A stretch of 48,582 nt of DNA from Cyanobacteria bacterium P01_E01_bin.6 (GTDB lineage: Bacteria > Cyanobacteriota > Cyanobacteriia > CAKZMO01). Under the pieces are notes generated by a model, which did not search any database, was not told the origin of the DNA, and was given only the letters and a program-made list of their open reading frames with translations. Both the position numbers and the translations under genes were made by a program. This document shows, piece after piece, positions 1 through 10,597 of this stretch. Position 1 is the stretch's first letter, and the number at the start of each line of letters is the position of its first letter. The stretch covers positions 1-48,582 of the forward strand of contig JBCCWF010000003.1 in assembly GCA_039194035.1 (NCBI GenBank), read 5' to 3'.

Positions 1-941
1 ATGAACAATAACAATGCGTTTACGGCCTATCTTCTTGAGGCGGACAACTTTACTGAAGGCCCAAATCTCCGTCACCTCTCCATTGCGCTGACGAATGTGG
101 TAGTGCCGAAAGGACTGGGGTGACTCGCTGCGAAGCCCCTCTGCCACTGCGTCAATGCGGTTCCATTGATTGTGCCAAAGCAGCGAACGATTACAAGCCA
201 GTTCACTCACCCAATGTTTCCCCAATGCCTCAATGACGGTCGTTAATGCCGCTGAGCACACCCCCGCATCGAACGCATAATCTGCGCTGGGAAATTGTCC
301 CCCCGCTTCAATTTGCTAGACGAGTGCAATAAACATCTCCGTGCGCGTTTGATCGGCATCCCGATTGTGCTGGTAAGCCACCAACTCGCTCAAACGCTCC
401 ATCACGGCAGCAATGCTCTCATACTCTTCTTGAGGGGTCATCGTTAAAGACTCCAGCTCTTCGGCTTCCCATTTGGCGGCTTGCACTGATACCCCGACTC
501 CATCCTGGCGCTCCCGATTGGCAACCACCGCTGTGAGAATCGTCTGATAGCAACTCATTCGATTATCGACATAATCATACTGACGTTTGACTCCAAACAT
601 CTGCTTTCCTCGTTCATGATGCCCTAACGTCCAATCCAAGTTGATGGCCTCTCTCTGTGCGAGTAGTGCTCGGACACGTCTCGGCGATGACATACCATCA
701 GCTCTTCCCACGACCACGCTGATTCAAACACGCCAGCGTGCATCGCTCGACGACCACTCAGTCTATTGGATTGAGTTGAGACGTATTGGCTGTGAATGCC
801 TTGAAGCGTTTTGTTTGCACTTAGCAATAAGCCACTTACATATCGACTCACATGCTCATATCCGGCTTGGCGTGGAAATATATCTCGATAAGCTCTCATC
901 CCTTCTTGAATTGTCCTTGGAATGTCGACAAGGGGAAACAT
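1..941 (-). pseudogene. Degenerate DDE transposase, IS701-like, running off the left edge of the window
   Basis: ORFs 624-941 (MFPLVDIPRTIQ...YVSGLLLSANKTLQGIH) and 316-717 (INLDWTLGHHERG) join through a frameshift near 650. After the in-frame TAG at 316-318 the frame continues (QFPSADYAFDAGV...GKHWVSELACNR) to the window edge. Family assignment is from recalled similarity to cyanobacterial transposases. Confidence 0.7.
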
Positions 942-1099
942 TAGGATCGCTGACTTATCACTCTACTCTGACAAGCATGACGCAACGTTGCCCCCTATTA
1001 ACGATCCGAACTTAAATTTCCAAGGGAAAACTTTGCCAAGTCGTGAATAGTGCTCAGTCGATAGCCTTGAGAAATGGTTATGTAAGCTCTCGTGAACAA

Positions 1100-1677
1100 A
1101 TCTACGGCCAATTGCCAGCGTCGATCCATCAGCAACGCTTCGATGACTTCGTCATCTGAAACATTCGTATAGGCTTGCAATATCCTGGCCAACGCCAGTT
1201 GGATGGGAAACACCGGCTCGTAGCCTACCGTGCTGTCCTTAAAAAATTCAGCCATTTCCTGTTGGAAGGACTCATCAAAGATCTCGTGACGGTGTAAGCG
1301 CACAAAGCTAAAGATCGTGGCGCGTTTAATCTGACCGATTACTTTTTCTATCGGTTCGAGGATTTTATGCAGCCAATATGAAATCGTTCCACCTAAAAAT
1401 TGTCGGCTCTAATGCTCTCGCAAAATAAAATTAATATTCCACGAAGGAATGAACGTTTCGAGTTTTATAACTTTTCGAAAAATTAGTTGCAATTTTTGAG
1501 TCCAAATGATTTTTCTGAATTCAATAAAAATCTCCAGAATTAAAAGTCTCATTTAGTGGTTCTGTGAAATCAAGACACTAGACGTAGCAGTACAAAAGGA
1601 TGAAAAAATCCTCGAACCGACAGTTTTTCTTCCAATGCCGACAAGGCGACTGGGGGAGTCCAGATTGAGGGATGCAT
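1100..1677 (-). pseudogene. 5' fragment of an IS1182-family transposase, interrupted by a MITE
   Basis: Removing 1348-1623 and one TTTTT copy restores MHPSIWTPPVALSALEEK-VIGQIKRATIFSFVRLHRHEIFDESFQQEMAEFFKDSTVG...LQAYTNVSDDEVIEALLMDRRWQL, a DUF772/IS1182-type N-terminus. Similarity is lost near 1100. Confidence 0.75.
1348..1623. mobile_element. 276-bp non-autonomous MITE-like element
   Basis: 19-bp terminal inverted repeats (CTATCGGTTCGAGGATTTT 1348-1366 and AAAATCCTCGAACCGACAG 1605-1623, one mismatch) flanked by TTTTT on both sides (1343-1347, 1624-1628). The interior is AT-rich and has no credible ORF. Confidence 0.85.
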
Positions 1678-1954
1678 GAGGCTTACTCCATAAAGATAAG
1701 TGAAATACTATGCTCTGAACTACTGTGCAACTGTGTTGTATTGTCAACTACTAATTCGGGACCGGCTCTCTAGGTATTAACTCAGAGCAACTAAGGAAAA
1801 GTCAGGCTAGTTCAGAGCAGTCGAGCAAAAAATAAACTAAATTTAGGGTAAGTGAAAAAACACTTATGTTCTGCACCAGTTACTACCCTCTGATTTAGCG
1901 AAGGTATTGCTTGATATGAGAATGTACTGAAAATTCATGGCAACGATGGTCGTT

Positions 1955-4900
1955 TCATAAAAGCGTACTTTCCATATCTTCCAGTATTTCTGATGATGGT
2001 TCTGCTGGCTGCACCGCGGTCGCTAATGGTGCGATCGCAAGCTGCTCTAAAATGCGAGTTGCTAATTGGGCAATGGTAGATGTTCCCAGGAACTGCTCGA
2101 TTGGCAGACAAACCTGCAAATCGCTCTCAATTCGATTGCGCAGTTCAAACGCAATTAGCGAATCAATCATCCCTGCCAGGAATTGCTGTGCATTCAATCT
2201 ACTGGTTGGCAACTGGAGTAGATGAGCAATAATTGTTATCAAATACTGTTCTACCAGTGCAGATTGTTCTGTAACAGGCATCTGCAAAATGCGTGATGGA
2301 TCCAGTAGATTGGTTGGCTCACTGTCGAAGTCGCTAGTGGCAGATTGAGCAGATGAGCGAATCGATGGGGAGGCGGCAGGTTGCCATTGTCGCAATTGTA
2401 AGCGGGTTGCTTTGACCAAGCACTTTCCATCGCAATCGAGTAGCATGACATGCGCAGACAAGGTGGCTGTTTGAGATGGATCAGACCAGTCTACGACTTG
2501 GGTGCTAATTTGAGCGTAAGCCCATACGGGTTGATCGTCTCCACTGAAATCATTAATCTGTAATTCCTCCAAGCTCAAAATAACGTAGGCATTGACACAT
2601 TCTTCGGGTAAGCAGGCAGCAAGCAGTTGAAAGCAGGCATCTAGCCCTTGGAGAGGCAATCTATAAGGCTGAGTACCTGACAATTTTGACGGTGACAGTT
2701 GTCCTAACGCTTCACCATCGCGCCGCCAAATAGTGTCTAGAACTTGACAACTCGATCCTAGCTCTGCTCCATGCGCTTGAAGGTGTTGATAGAAGGTTGA
2801 GGCGTTCAAACTATCGGAGCAAAGATGCTGCAAGGCAGCAATATCTAGATGAGCTGACGCCGAAGGCGATGATACCGACTGAAGTTGTCCTGTTGCATGC
2901 AGGATCCACTGGCAGTCCTGGTGAGACTGTTGGATGCTGAAGATTTGAAATTCAGCCTGCTCTGAATCCTGTGGCATCAAGATCAACTGCACGGTGTGAG
3001 ATTGCTCCGATTCAAATGCTAACGGCTGCGGAACGAGCAGCGATTTCCAGTGAGTCATCGGCTGACCAAACGCTGCGATCGCGCCTGCTTGAACCATTTC
3101 CAGATACACGACCAGGTTCACGATCGCGTGACCATGCAGGCGATGGTCGCGCACCAAAGGCAGAGTATTGAGACACCATTGAGCTTCAAATTGGATTGAC
3201 GACAGCGGAGACGCTAAACGCTGACCCAGCAGGGGATGTGACCCCGGATTTGGCAGAGAAGAACGATGGGATGGCAATGCAGGTGCTGATTCAAGCCAGT
3301 AGCGCTGTCGTTCAAAGGGATAGGTCGGTAATGACACGGGCGATCGCGCCTGACCTTGCTCAACGACTTGCCAGTTGATATCCAATCCGCGCACGTAAAG
3401 CTGGCTCAGGCAATGTAAGAGTGGAGTCCAGTCGTCTTGTTCGGGGTCGAGTGAGGATAAACAGAGCCAAGGACGGGTGGGGGCTTCCAACGGAACGGTA
3501 AAGGGATCGCTACCGATCACAACTACTGCATCACAGGACGCGGCTTGCAATGAGGTTATTTGAGTTGGAGAGAGGATTGCTGGCGGATTGGCCGATTGAC
3601 GGGGTGGCATTTCGGCGGAGTGTGCGATCGCTAAAACATCTGGAGATGGAGCAGGCTCTGCTAAAACTTGCTGGATCAGAGCTTCTATACTCAGCGCTCC
3701 AGATAAACAGTTAGCAACATGTTCGCCCACACCATCTCCCAACATGAGAACAGGTTCAATCCCCCACGAACGCCACAGTTGAGCCAGGGCATATTGCCGT
3801 ACAGCATTGAGCAACCGCTGCCACTGAGTAGAGCTATCGTCGAGGGAATGTATTTCCCGCCAAGTCGCCAAGAAAGAGTCGGAGCGGTGACGATCAATTT
3901 CAGTGATGCAATCATTCAGCGTGGCTTGAAAATTTGGTTCGGTATTATATAATTTCTGCCCTAGTGATAGAGACTGGCTAGATTCATGGGGAAAATAGAA
4001 CGCGAGTTTGAGAGGTGTTGGCTGACTATCGCTTGTGGACTCGTTGCCCTGTTGAGGCAGTAATGGCTGCCTTGCCACTCGTGCTTGCAGCAAAGTCTGT
4101 AGATCTGCAAGGGTCGATGGTTGCAGTGCGAGTCGGTGAGAAAAATGCGATCGCCTGACAGTGGTTGTAAAGCAAACATCTGCCAGCTCGACATCCGGAT
4201 GAGCCTGTAAATAGTTCATGAGTTGCTCAACCTGATAGTCCAACGCCGTTGCCGTTTTAGCGGACAAACAGAGAATTTGGGCAGAGCGAGGTTGGGCAGG
4301 TTGACAAGCTAGCTCTGGCGCAGACTCGACAATCAGGTGAGCATTGGTGCCACTAAAACCAAAAGCACTGACTCCAGCAAAATGGGATTGGCCCGAATCC
4401 ACCTGCCAGGGAGTGCGCTGTGTAGGGATGCTGATTTTGGTATCGGTCAAATTGATGTGAGGATTCACCTGATGCAGATGCAAATGAGCTGGAATTTCCT
4501 GATGCTGGATCGCCAGAACGACCTTAATCAGGCTGGCAATGCCTGCGGCAGCTTCCAAATGTCCAATGTTCGTTTTAACCGATCCGAGCATCAATGGGTG
4601 CGATCGCGATTTCACGTTGCCCAGTACAGCATTCAACGCTCCGACCTCGATTGGATCGCCCAATGGGGTACCGGTGCCATGAGTTTCGACGTAGTGAATT
4701 TGCTCTGGTGCAACGTGAGCATTATGGAGTGCAGCCCGAATCACCGCCTGTTGAGCGGTTCCATTTGGCACTGTTAACCCACTACTGCGTCCATCCTGAT
4801 TAACAGCAGAGCCGCGAATGACTGCCAAAATACGATCGCCATCGGCTTGAGCATCGGTTAAACGCTTCAGTGCGATCACGCCGCATCCCTCTCCCCGACC

Positions 4901-5710
4901 ATAGCCATCGGCGGCAGCGTCAAACGTTTTGCAATAGCCATCGGCAGAAAGCGCATTCAGTTTTGCCATTGCAAGAGTCGTTTGCGGGGCAAGCATCAAA
5001 GACACGCCTCCCGCTAGTGCCAGGTTGCACTCCTGCAATCGTAAGCTTTGACACGCTAGATGCACCGCAACCAGGGAGGAAGAACAGGCCGTATCGATCG
5101 CGATCGCAGGACCTTGTAATCCGAGCCAGTAAGCAATTCGTCCGGCTGCAACACTCAGAGCATTCCCTGTAGCCGTGTAAATATCAATAGTCGCGGCATC
5201 CCGAAACAATGCGGACTGCAAATATTCACTCAAACTAATGCCGATAAAGACTCCTGCCTTGCTTCCCATCAGTCGGGAGGTTGGGATTCCGGCTTGTTCT
5301 AAGGCTTCCCAACTTACTTCCAGCAATAAGCGCTGTTGCGGGTCCATGCTGGTGGCTTCTCGTGGACTCAGCCCAAAAAACTCAGCATCAAACTGATCGA
5401 TCGCCTCCAAGAACCCTCCCCGACTTGTTATATCTGGCGTAACGGGATTGAAGCTGTTGTCGCGTTCGACCCGCCCGCATGTGGCTGGAACATCTCGAAT
5501 CGCATCTACACCCTTTTGCAGTAGTTGCCAGAATGCTTCCGGGTTGTCTGCTCCGCCGGGGAAGCGGCATCCCATACCGACGATCGCGATCGCTTCCGTT
5601 TGCGATCGCTCTAATGCGTCAATCCGGCTTCGCATTTCTTTGAGAGCCAGGGCTGCCCGTTGGAGTGGCGATAACGTTTCAAGAGAGTGCTCAGGTAAGT
5701 CAATCATCAT
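1955..5710 (-). CDS. Type I PKS module 3: KS - degenerate AT - DH-like domain - ACP
   Basis: KS motifs DTACSSS, HGTGT and NIGHLE are intact. The AT active site GHSxG reads GDGVG and the domain is shortened. DH-like region HPLLG...HRLHGHAIVN...LDACFQ; ACP IDSL. The probable start at 5710 overlaps the upstream stop (ATGA). Confidence 0.93.
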   Translation of the reverse strand: MMIDLPEHSLETLSPLQRAALALKEMRSRIDALERSQTEAIAIVGMGCRFPGGADNPEAFWQLLQKGVDAIRDVPATCGRVERDNSFNPVTPDITSRGGFLEAIDQFDAEFFGLSPREATSMDPQQRLLLEVSWEALEQAGIPTSRLMGSKAGVFIGISLSEYLQSALFRDAATIDIYTATGNALSVAAGRIAYWLGLQGPAIAIDTACSSSLVAVHLACQSLRLQECNLALAGGVSLMLAPQTTLAMAKLNALSADGYCKTFDAAADGYGRGEGCGVIALKRLTDAQADGDRILAVIRGSAVNQDGRSSGLTVPNGTAQQAVIRAALHNAHVAPEQIHYVETHGTGTPLGDPIEVGALNAVLGNVKSRSHPLMLGSVKTNIGHLEAAAGIASLIKVVLAIQHQEIPAHLHLHQVNPHINLTDTKISIPTQRTPWQVDSGQSHFAGVSAFGFSGTNAHLIVESAPELACQPAQPRSAQILCLSAKTATALDYQVEQLMNYLQAHPDVELADVCFTTTVRRSHFSHRLALQPSTLADLQTLLQARVARQPLLPQQGNESTSDSQPTPLKLAFYFPHESSQSLSLGQKLYNTEPNFQATLNDCITEIDRHRSDSFLATWREIHSLDDSSTQWQRLLNAVRQYALAQLWRSWGIEPVLMLGDGVGEHVANCLSGALSIEALIQQVLAEPAPSPDVLAIAHSAEMPPRQSANPPAILSPTQITSLQAASCDAVVVIGSDPFTVPLEAPTRPWLCLSSLDPEQDDWTPLLHCLSQLYVRGLDINWQVVEQGQARSPVSLPTYPFERQRYWLESAPALPSHRSSLPNPGSHPLLGQRLASPLSSIQFEAQWCLNTLPLVRDHRLHGHAIVNLVVYLEMVQAGAIAAFGQPMTHWKSLLVPQPLAFESEQSHTVQLILMPQDSEQAEFQIFSIQQSHQDCQWILHATGQLQSVSSPSASAHLDIAALQHLCSDSLNASTFYQHLQAHGAELGSSCQVLDTIWRRDGEALGQLSPSKLSGTQPYRLPLQGLDACFQLLAACLPEECVNAYVILSLEELQINDFSGDDQPVWAYAQISTQVVDWSDPSQTATLSAHVMLLDCDGKCLVKATRLQLRQWQPAASPSIRSSAQSATSDFDSEPTNLLDPSRILQMPVTEQSALVEQYLITIIAHLLQLPTSRLNAQQFLAGMIDSLIAFELRNRIESDLQVCLPIEQFLGTSTIAQLATRILEQLAIAPLATAVQPAEPSSEILEDMESTLL

Positions 5711-8700
5711 GTTGCTCCAGTCACCCATGTGGTAAATTCTTGGTCAATTAATGCGGTGAGTTCGGTTTCGGATAAATGCTGAATCGCTTGCCAGGATTGT
5801 TCGGCTGGTTGATCGGTTGTAACGGGTGTTGGGGGAAATAGCTGCGTCAACAGATAGTCTGCTAGTGCCGAGAGCGTTGGACAGTCGAAGGTTAAGGTGG
5901 ATGGGAGCCGCAGATTAAATCGAGTTTGCAAACGGTTTCTCAATTCCAATGACATCAATGAATCTATTCCGAGTTCAAAAAAACCTGTGTGTGGATCGAA
6001 ACCATGACTGCTGTCACGTCCGACAACATTCAATACATCCTGCTGTAAATTTTCAAGAATGCGAGTGCGACGTTGGCTTGGCGAGAGCCTTTCCCATCCA
6101 TCGCGCCAAGATGCGATCGCTTTAGACGTCAAGGTTGGCAATGGCAAGGCACTCAGCAACTGATACCGATCAGGATTAGGAAGCAGGGAGTGAAACTGAG
6201 TCCAGTCGATTGGCAATACACCGACCTGGGCAGGTGTTTGCGATCGCAACTGGCGCAGGATTGAAAACCCTTGGGCAGGCGTTAATAGCTGCACACCTGC
6301 CGTTTGCCAGCGCTGCTTGCCGCGATCGCTTAATGCTGCTGCCATTCCCACCTCTGCCCAGGGACTCCAGTTAATGCTGAGGGCAGGAAGTTCCTGCGAT
6401 CGCCGAGCGTGAGCTAACCCATCCAAAAAGGCATTCGCCGCCGCATAGTTTCCCTGAGCGGGTGACCCCAATAGAGAGGCTGCTGATGAAAATAATACAA
6501 ACTGATCTAAAGGCAGCGATCGCGTGTGAATATGCAAGTTCCAGGCTCCGACAACTTTTGGTAACAATACAGCTTCAAAGCGTTGCCAACTCTGATGCAG
6601 CAATACACCATCATCCAACACACCCGCCAGATGAAACACGCCTTTCAGCGGGGGCGCGGTTTGCTGCAAGGTTGCGATCGCTTGAGCAACTTGATTCGTC
6701 TCAGCCACGTCTGCTTGAACGCAGTAGATTCGGGCTCCCTGATCTTCTAATTGCTTTAAGACCTCAGTTGCTGATTGAGAGGGAACTCTCCGACCCATGA
6801 GCGCTAGATGCTGAACCCCCTGCTCAACCAGCCATTGGGCTAGCTGTAACCCTAGCCCACCAAATGCCCCAGTAATTAAATAGGTTGCATCAGCCTGGTA
6901 GCGAGACAACTCTGCTTGAGTCGTTGTCACTTCAGGTTGCTGTACCGAAGGTTGCTGTGCCGACTGAGAGATTTGCCAAGGCATTAAGCGTGGAACGTAA
7001 CGCTTCCCGGCTCGAATCGCAATTTGATCGTCTGGGTTGACCTGGCTTATCTCTGCTGCGATCGCTGCCACTGTGCTGTCTTCTACAATGGCTGGCACAT
7101 CGATTAAGCCTCCCCACTGTTCGGGATGCTCAAGTGCAATAACACGCCCTAAGCCCCAGAGCAGAGTTTGGAGGGTAGAACTTGGACATTCTTCTGGTTC
7201 AACGGCTTGAGCCGTTTGAGTGACCACCCAGAGACGGTAGGGAGCAGACAGGGAAACATGAGCGATCGCCTGGGCTAAATAAAATAACCCTGCACAGGTT
7301 GTTGGCCCCCGAGACGCTGGTATTGTGAGATACTCGGCAGTGTCTTCATCTAGCCCCCACAGGTAAATTACGCCAGACCAATTGCTTGATTGCAGCAAGG
7401 TTTGAAAAAACTCTGAGCTATTAGAATGATGCACCTGCGCCTGATCCAGGCTGCTACCCAGAGTTGGGGCAGATGAGTTGGCATAGATGACTCGACAGGT
7501 CGCTCCCTGTTCAGTCAGATGGGCAGCCAGTCGATCCCCTAACCCACTGCGGCGATCGCCTAAAATCAACCATTGTTTTGCAAATGAGGCTGAATCATGA
7601 GCAGATCCATGAGTAGAGTGATTGTCAAAGTTATTAACCTGCTCATTAGCGACTTTATTGCTAGATTCAGCGTCAAGCTGCCATTGCAAGGCATACAGAC
7701 AATTTGGCGGAAATTCCACAGTAGAATCCTGCTCGACTGAATGTGGTTTGACTGTGGCAGATTCCAACCAATAGCGCTGACGCTGAAATGGATAGGTCGG
7801 TAGCGACACTCGGCGACGGAAATAATCGCGATCAAACCCCTGCCAATTGATGGATTTGCCCTGTACATAAAGCGCACTTAAACTGGTCAGCAGCACAGAC
7901 CAATCAGATTGACCCCGACGTAGAGAGGGCAACCACAGAACCGCCTGTGACGAACCACACTGCCGCCCTAAACCCAGTAGGACTGGATGGGGACCAATCT
8001 CTAGCAGTTCACGACAGCCCAATTTGATCAGCGTTTGCATCCCGGTCGCAAACTGGATGGGCTGCCGCAAGTGTTCGCACCAATACTCTGCCTGCAATAG
8101 CTGAGTTGCATTTGCAACCGTGCCAGTGACATTCGAGATTACAGGAATCGTCGGCGAACGAAACTGAATGGTTGCGGCGATCGCCCGAAATTCCTCTAGC
8201 ATCGGCTCCATCATCGCCGAGTGGAAGGCGTGAGATACCTGAAGGCAACGGCTTTCGATCCCTCGCTGAGTGAACACTTGCTGCACGGCAGCGATTGCCG
8301 ATTGTTGCCCTGAAATCACGACATTCTGAGGACTATTGATAGCCGCGATCGACACTTGATCACGGATCGGCTCGATTACCGATTGCACCACGGCTAGATC
8401 TGCAAAAACAGCCGCCATTGCTCCTCCACTTGGCAACGCTTGCATCAGGCGTGCCCGTTGTGCCACCAAGAGTAACCCTTCTTCTAGCGTAAAAATGCCC
8501 GCTACACAGGCTGCAACATATTCGCCCAGACTATGCCCCATCACCATATCCGGCTCAATTCCCCAGGAGCGCCAAAGCTGTGCCAACGCATACTCAATCG
8601 CAAATAGAGCGGGTTGCGTATAAGCCGTCTGGTCAAGCAGGGAAGAGGTCCGGGGTAACTTGGATTGATCTCGCTCCTGCGCTGTCTCCACATCTGCTTT

Positions 8701-10557
8701 AGGGGGATATAACACCTGTAATAATGACTGTTCTAACTGCGATTGCAGCAACTGATCGCATCGATCAAGGATCTGGCGGAACAGCGGGCTGGTATTGTAC
8801 AGTTGCCGTCCCATCTGTAACGCTTGCGCACCCTGACCCGTGAATAGAAATGCAACCTTGGTGGGTTGCCGTTCGGCTTGTCCCCGTATGCCGGTAAATT
8901 CAGAGTTCCCGGCGGCGAACGCGACTAGTTGTTGCTGGATTTCTGCTTTGGACTCTGCCACGATCGCACACCGTTCGCGCCAGTGTGATCGTCCGGTATT
9001 TGCACTGAAACAAATGTCTGCAAGTGCTACATCAGTTTGGCGATCGAGATACTGAATCAATTGATTTGCTTGAGCGTTTAATGCCGCTTCTGATTTTGCT
9101 GAGAACGCCAGTAGATGTACCATGCGTTCTGGATTCGTGGCAGGTGGTTCTACTGGCGCAAATCGAGATTCTTCCAGAACAACATGAGCATTGGTGCCAC
9201 TCATGCCAAACGAACTGATTCCTGCAATCCGCGATTGTCCAGCCGCCAGAGTCCAGGGCGTTAGCTCCGTTGGAATTGTGACACCTAGTTTCGACCAATC
9301 CAGAGCCGGATTTAACTGTTGCAGATGCAGATGGGGCGGAAGTTCCTGATGCTGCATTGCCAGCACGACTTTGATCACTCCAGCTATCCCTGCGGCAGGT
9401 TCTAAGTGACCGATGTTGGTTTTAACAGACCCGATCGCCAACGGATTGGAGAGCGATCGCTCCTGTCCAAAAACGGATGCTAACGCCTCAACCTCGATCG
9501 GATCTCCTAGAGCCGTTCCAGTGCCATGAACTTCGACATAGCTGACCTCGTGAGGAGCGACGTTCGCTTGAGTCAGAGCTGTCTGCAGCAATACTTGTTG
9601 GGCACATCCATTCGGTACGGTCAGTCCACTGCTGCGCCCATCATGATTAACCGCCGACCCTCGCACTACTGCCAGAACGTGATCCTGGTCCGCGATCGCA
9701 TCCGATAACCGTTTGAGAACCACCAGCCCACAGCCCTCACCCCGCCCATAGCCATCGGCTGAGGCATCAAAAGTTTTACAGCGCCCATCGATTGCCAACG
9801 CCCGCATTCGAGACAGAATAACGTGTCCGTGGGGAGCCAAAATTAAATTGACTCCTCCAGCCAGAGCAAGCTGACAGTCCCCAGATCGTAAGCTCTGGCA
9901 GGCCAAATGCAGCGTGACTAGCGATGAGGAACAGGCGGTATCCACGGCGAGAGCAGGTCCCTGAAAGCCAAACCAGTAGGCTAACCGACCCGCCGCCACG
10001 CTAGAGGTATTTCCGGTAAACGCATAAGCATTCAGGCCGGATAAATCATTGGCGACATTCTGCGATCGCGCATAATCTGCATTATTGATGCCAACGAATA
10101 TCCCAGTTCGACTACCATCTAAGTTTGTGGCTGGCATTCCGGCATGTTCTAGTGCTTCCCATGCCACCTCCAGTAAGAGCCGCTGTTGGGGATCCATCGA
10201 TACGACTTCACGCGGTGCCATTTCAAAGAATGCGGAGTCAAACTGATCAACCTGGTCTAGAAAATGCCCCTGCTGAGTGTAGGTTTTGCCCACGCAATCC
10301 GGATCCGGATCATAGTACTGGTTCGCATCCCATCGCTCTACTGGAACAGGTTGAGCGGTATCTAATCCGGCTCGTAGCCGTTGCCAGAAAGTGTGCGGAT
10401 CGTTGCCCCCACCCGGAAAGCGACAGCCGATTCCGACGATCGCAATCGGTTCTGAACGGGCAGATTCCAGCGCTTTCAGTTTTGCCTGCAAATCTTCAAT
10501 AGCAAACAATGCCTGTTTTAGGGGGGAAAGTTGAGCGTGGCGATCAGCAAAAGTCAT
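5707..10557 (-). CDS. Type I PKS module 2: KS-AT(malonyl)-KR(B-type)-ACP
   Basis: KS DTACSSS/HGTGT; AT GHSLG...HAFH; KR TGAFGGLG, LDD motif and YAAAN; ACP GIDSL; N-terminal docking helix LSPLKQAL. Confidence 0.95.
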   Translation of the reverse strand: MTFADRHAQLSPLKQALFAIEDLQAKLKALESARSEPIAIVGIGCRFPGGGNDPHTFWQRLRAGLDTAQPVPVERWDANQYYDPDPDCVGKTYTQQGHFLDQVDQFDSAFFEMAPREVVSMDPQQRLLLEVAWEALEHAGMPATNLDGSRTGIFVGINNADYARSQNVANDLSGLNAYAFTGNTSSVAAGRLAYWFGFQGPALAVDTACSSSLVTLHLACQSLRSGDCQLALAGGVNLILAPHGHVILSRMRALAIDGRCKTFDASADGYGRGEGCGLVVLKRLSDAIADQDHVLAVVRGSAVNHDGRSSGLTVPNGCAQQVLLQTALTQANVAPHEVSYVEVHGTGTALGDPIEVEALASVFGQERSLSNPLAIGSVKTNIGHLEPAAGIAGVIKVVLAMQHQELPPHLHLQQLNPALDWSKLGVTIPTELTPWTLAAGQSRIAGISSFGMSGTNAHVVLEESRFAPVEPPATNPERMVHLLAFSAKSEAALNAQANQLIQYLDRQTDVALADICFSANTGRSHWRERCAIVAESKAEIQQQLVAFAAGNSEFTGIRGQAERQPTKVAFLFTGQGAQALQMGRQLYNTSPLFRQILDRCDQLLQSQLEQSLLQVLYPPKADVETAQERDQSKLPRTSSLLDQTAYTQPALFAIEYALAQLWRSWGIEPDMVMGHSLGEYVAACVAGIFTLEEGLLLVAQRARLMQALPSGGAMAAVFADLAVVQSVIEPIRDQVSIAAINSPQNVVISGQQSAIAAVQQVFTQRGIESRCLQVSHAFHSAMMEPMLEEFRAIAATIQFRSPTIPVISNVTGTVANATQLLQAEYWCEHLRQPIQFATGMQTLIKLGCRELLEIGPHPVLLGLGRQCGSSQAVLWLPSLRRGQSDWSVLLTSLSALYVQGKSINWQGFDRDYFRRRVSLPTYPFQRQRYWLESATVKPHSVEQDSTVEFPPNCLYALQWQLDAESSNKVANEQVNNFDNHSTHGSAHDSASFAKQWLILGDRRSGLGDRLAAHLTEQGATCRVIYANSSAPTLGSSLDQAQVHHSNSSEFFQTLLQSSNWSGVIYLWGLDEDTAEYLTIPASRGPTTCAGLFYLAQAIAHVSLSAPYRLWVVTQTAQAVEPEECPSSTLQTLLWGLGRVIALEHPEQWGGLIDVPAIVEDSTVAAIAAEISQVNPDDQIAIRAGKRYVPRLMPWQISQSAQQPSVQQPEVTTTQAELSRYQADATYLITGAFGGLGLQLAQWLVEQGVQHLALMGRRVPSQSATEVLKQLEDQGARIYCVQADVAETNQVAQAIATLQQTAPPLKGVFHLAGVLDDGVLLHQSWQRFEAVLLPKVVGAWNLHIHTRSLPLDQFVLFSSAASLLGSPAQGNYAAANAFLDGLAHARRSQELPALSINWSPWAEVGMAAALSDRGKQRWQTAGVQLLTPAQGFSILRQLRSQTPAQVGVLPIDWTQFHSLLPNPDRYQLLSALPLPTLTSKAIASWRDGWERLSPSQRRTRILENLQQDVLNVVGRDSSHGFDPHTGFFELGIDSLMSLELRNRLQTRFNLRLPSTLTFDCPTLSALADYLLTQLFPPTPVTTDQPAEQSWQAIQHLSETELTALIDQEFTTWVTGAT

Positions 10558-10597
10558 AAACGTGGGATGAGAAGTGAGCGGTTAGGAACAGGATGAA

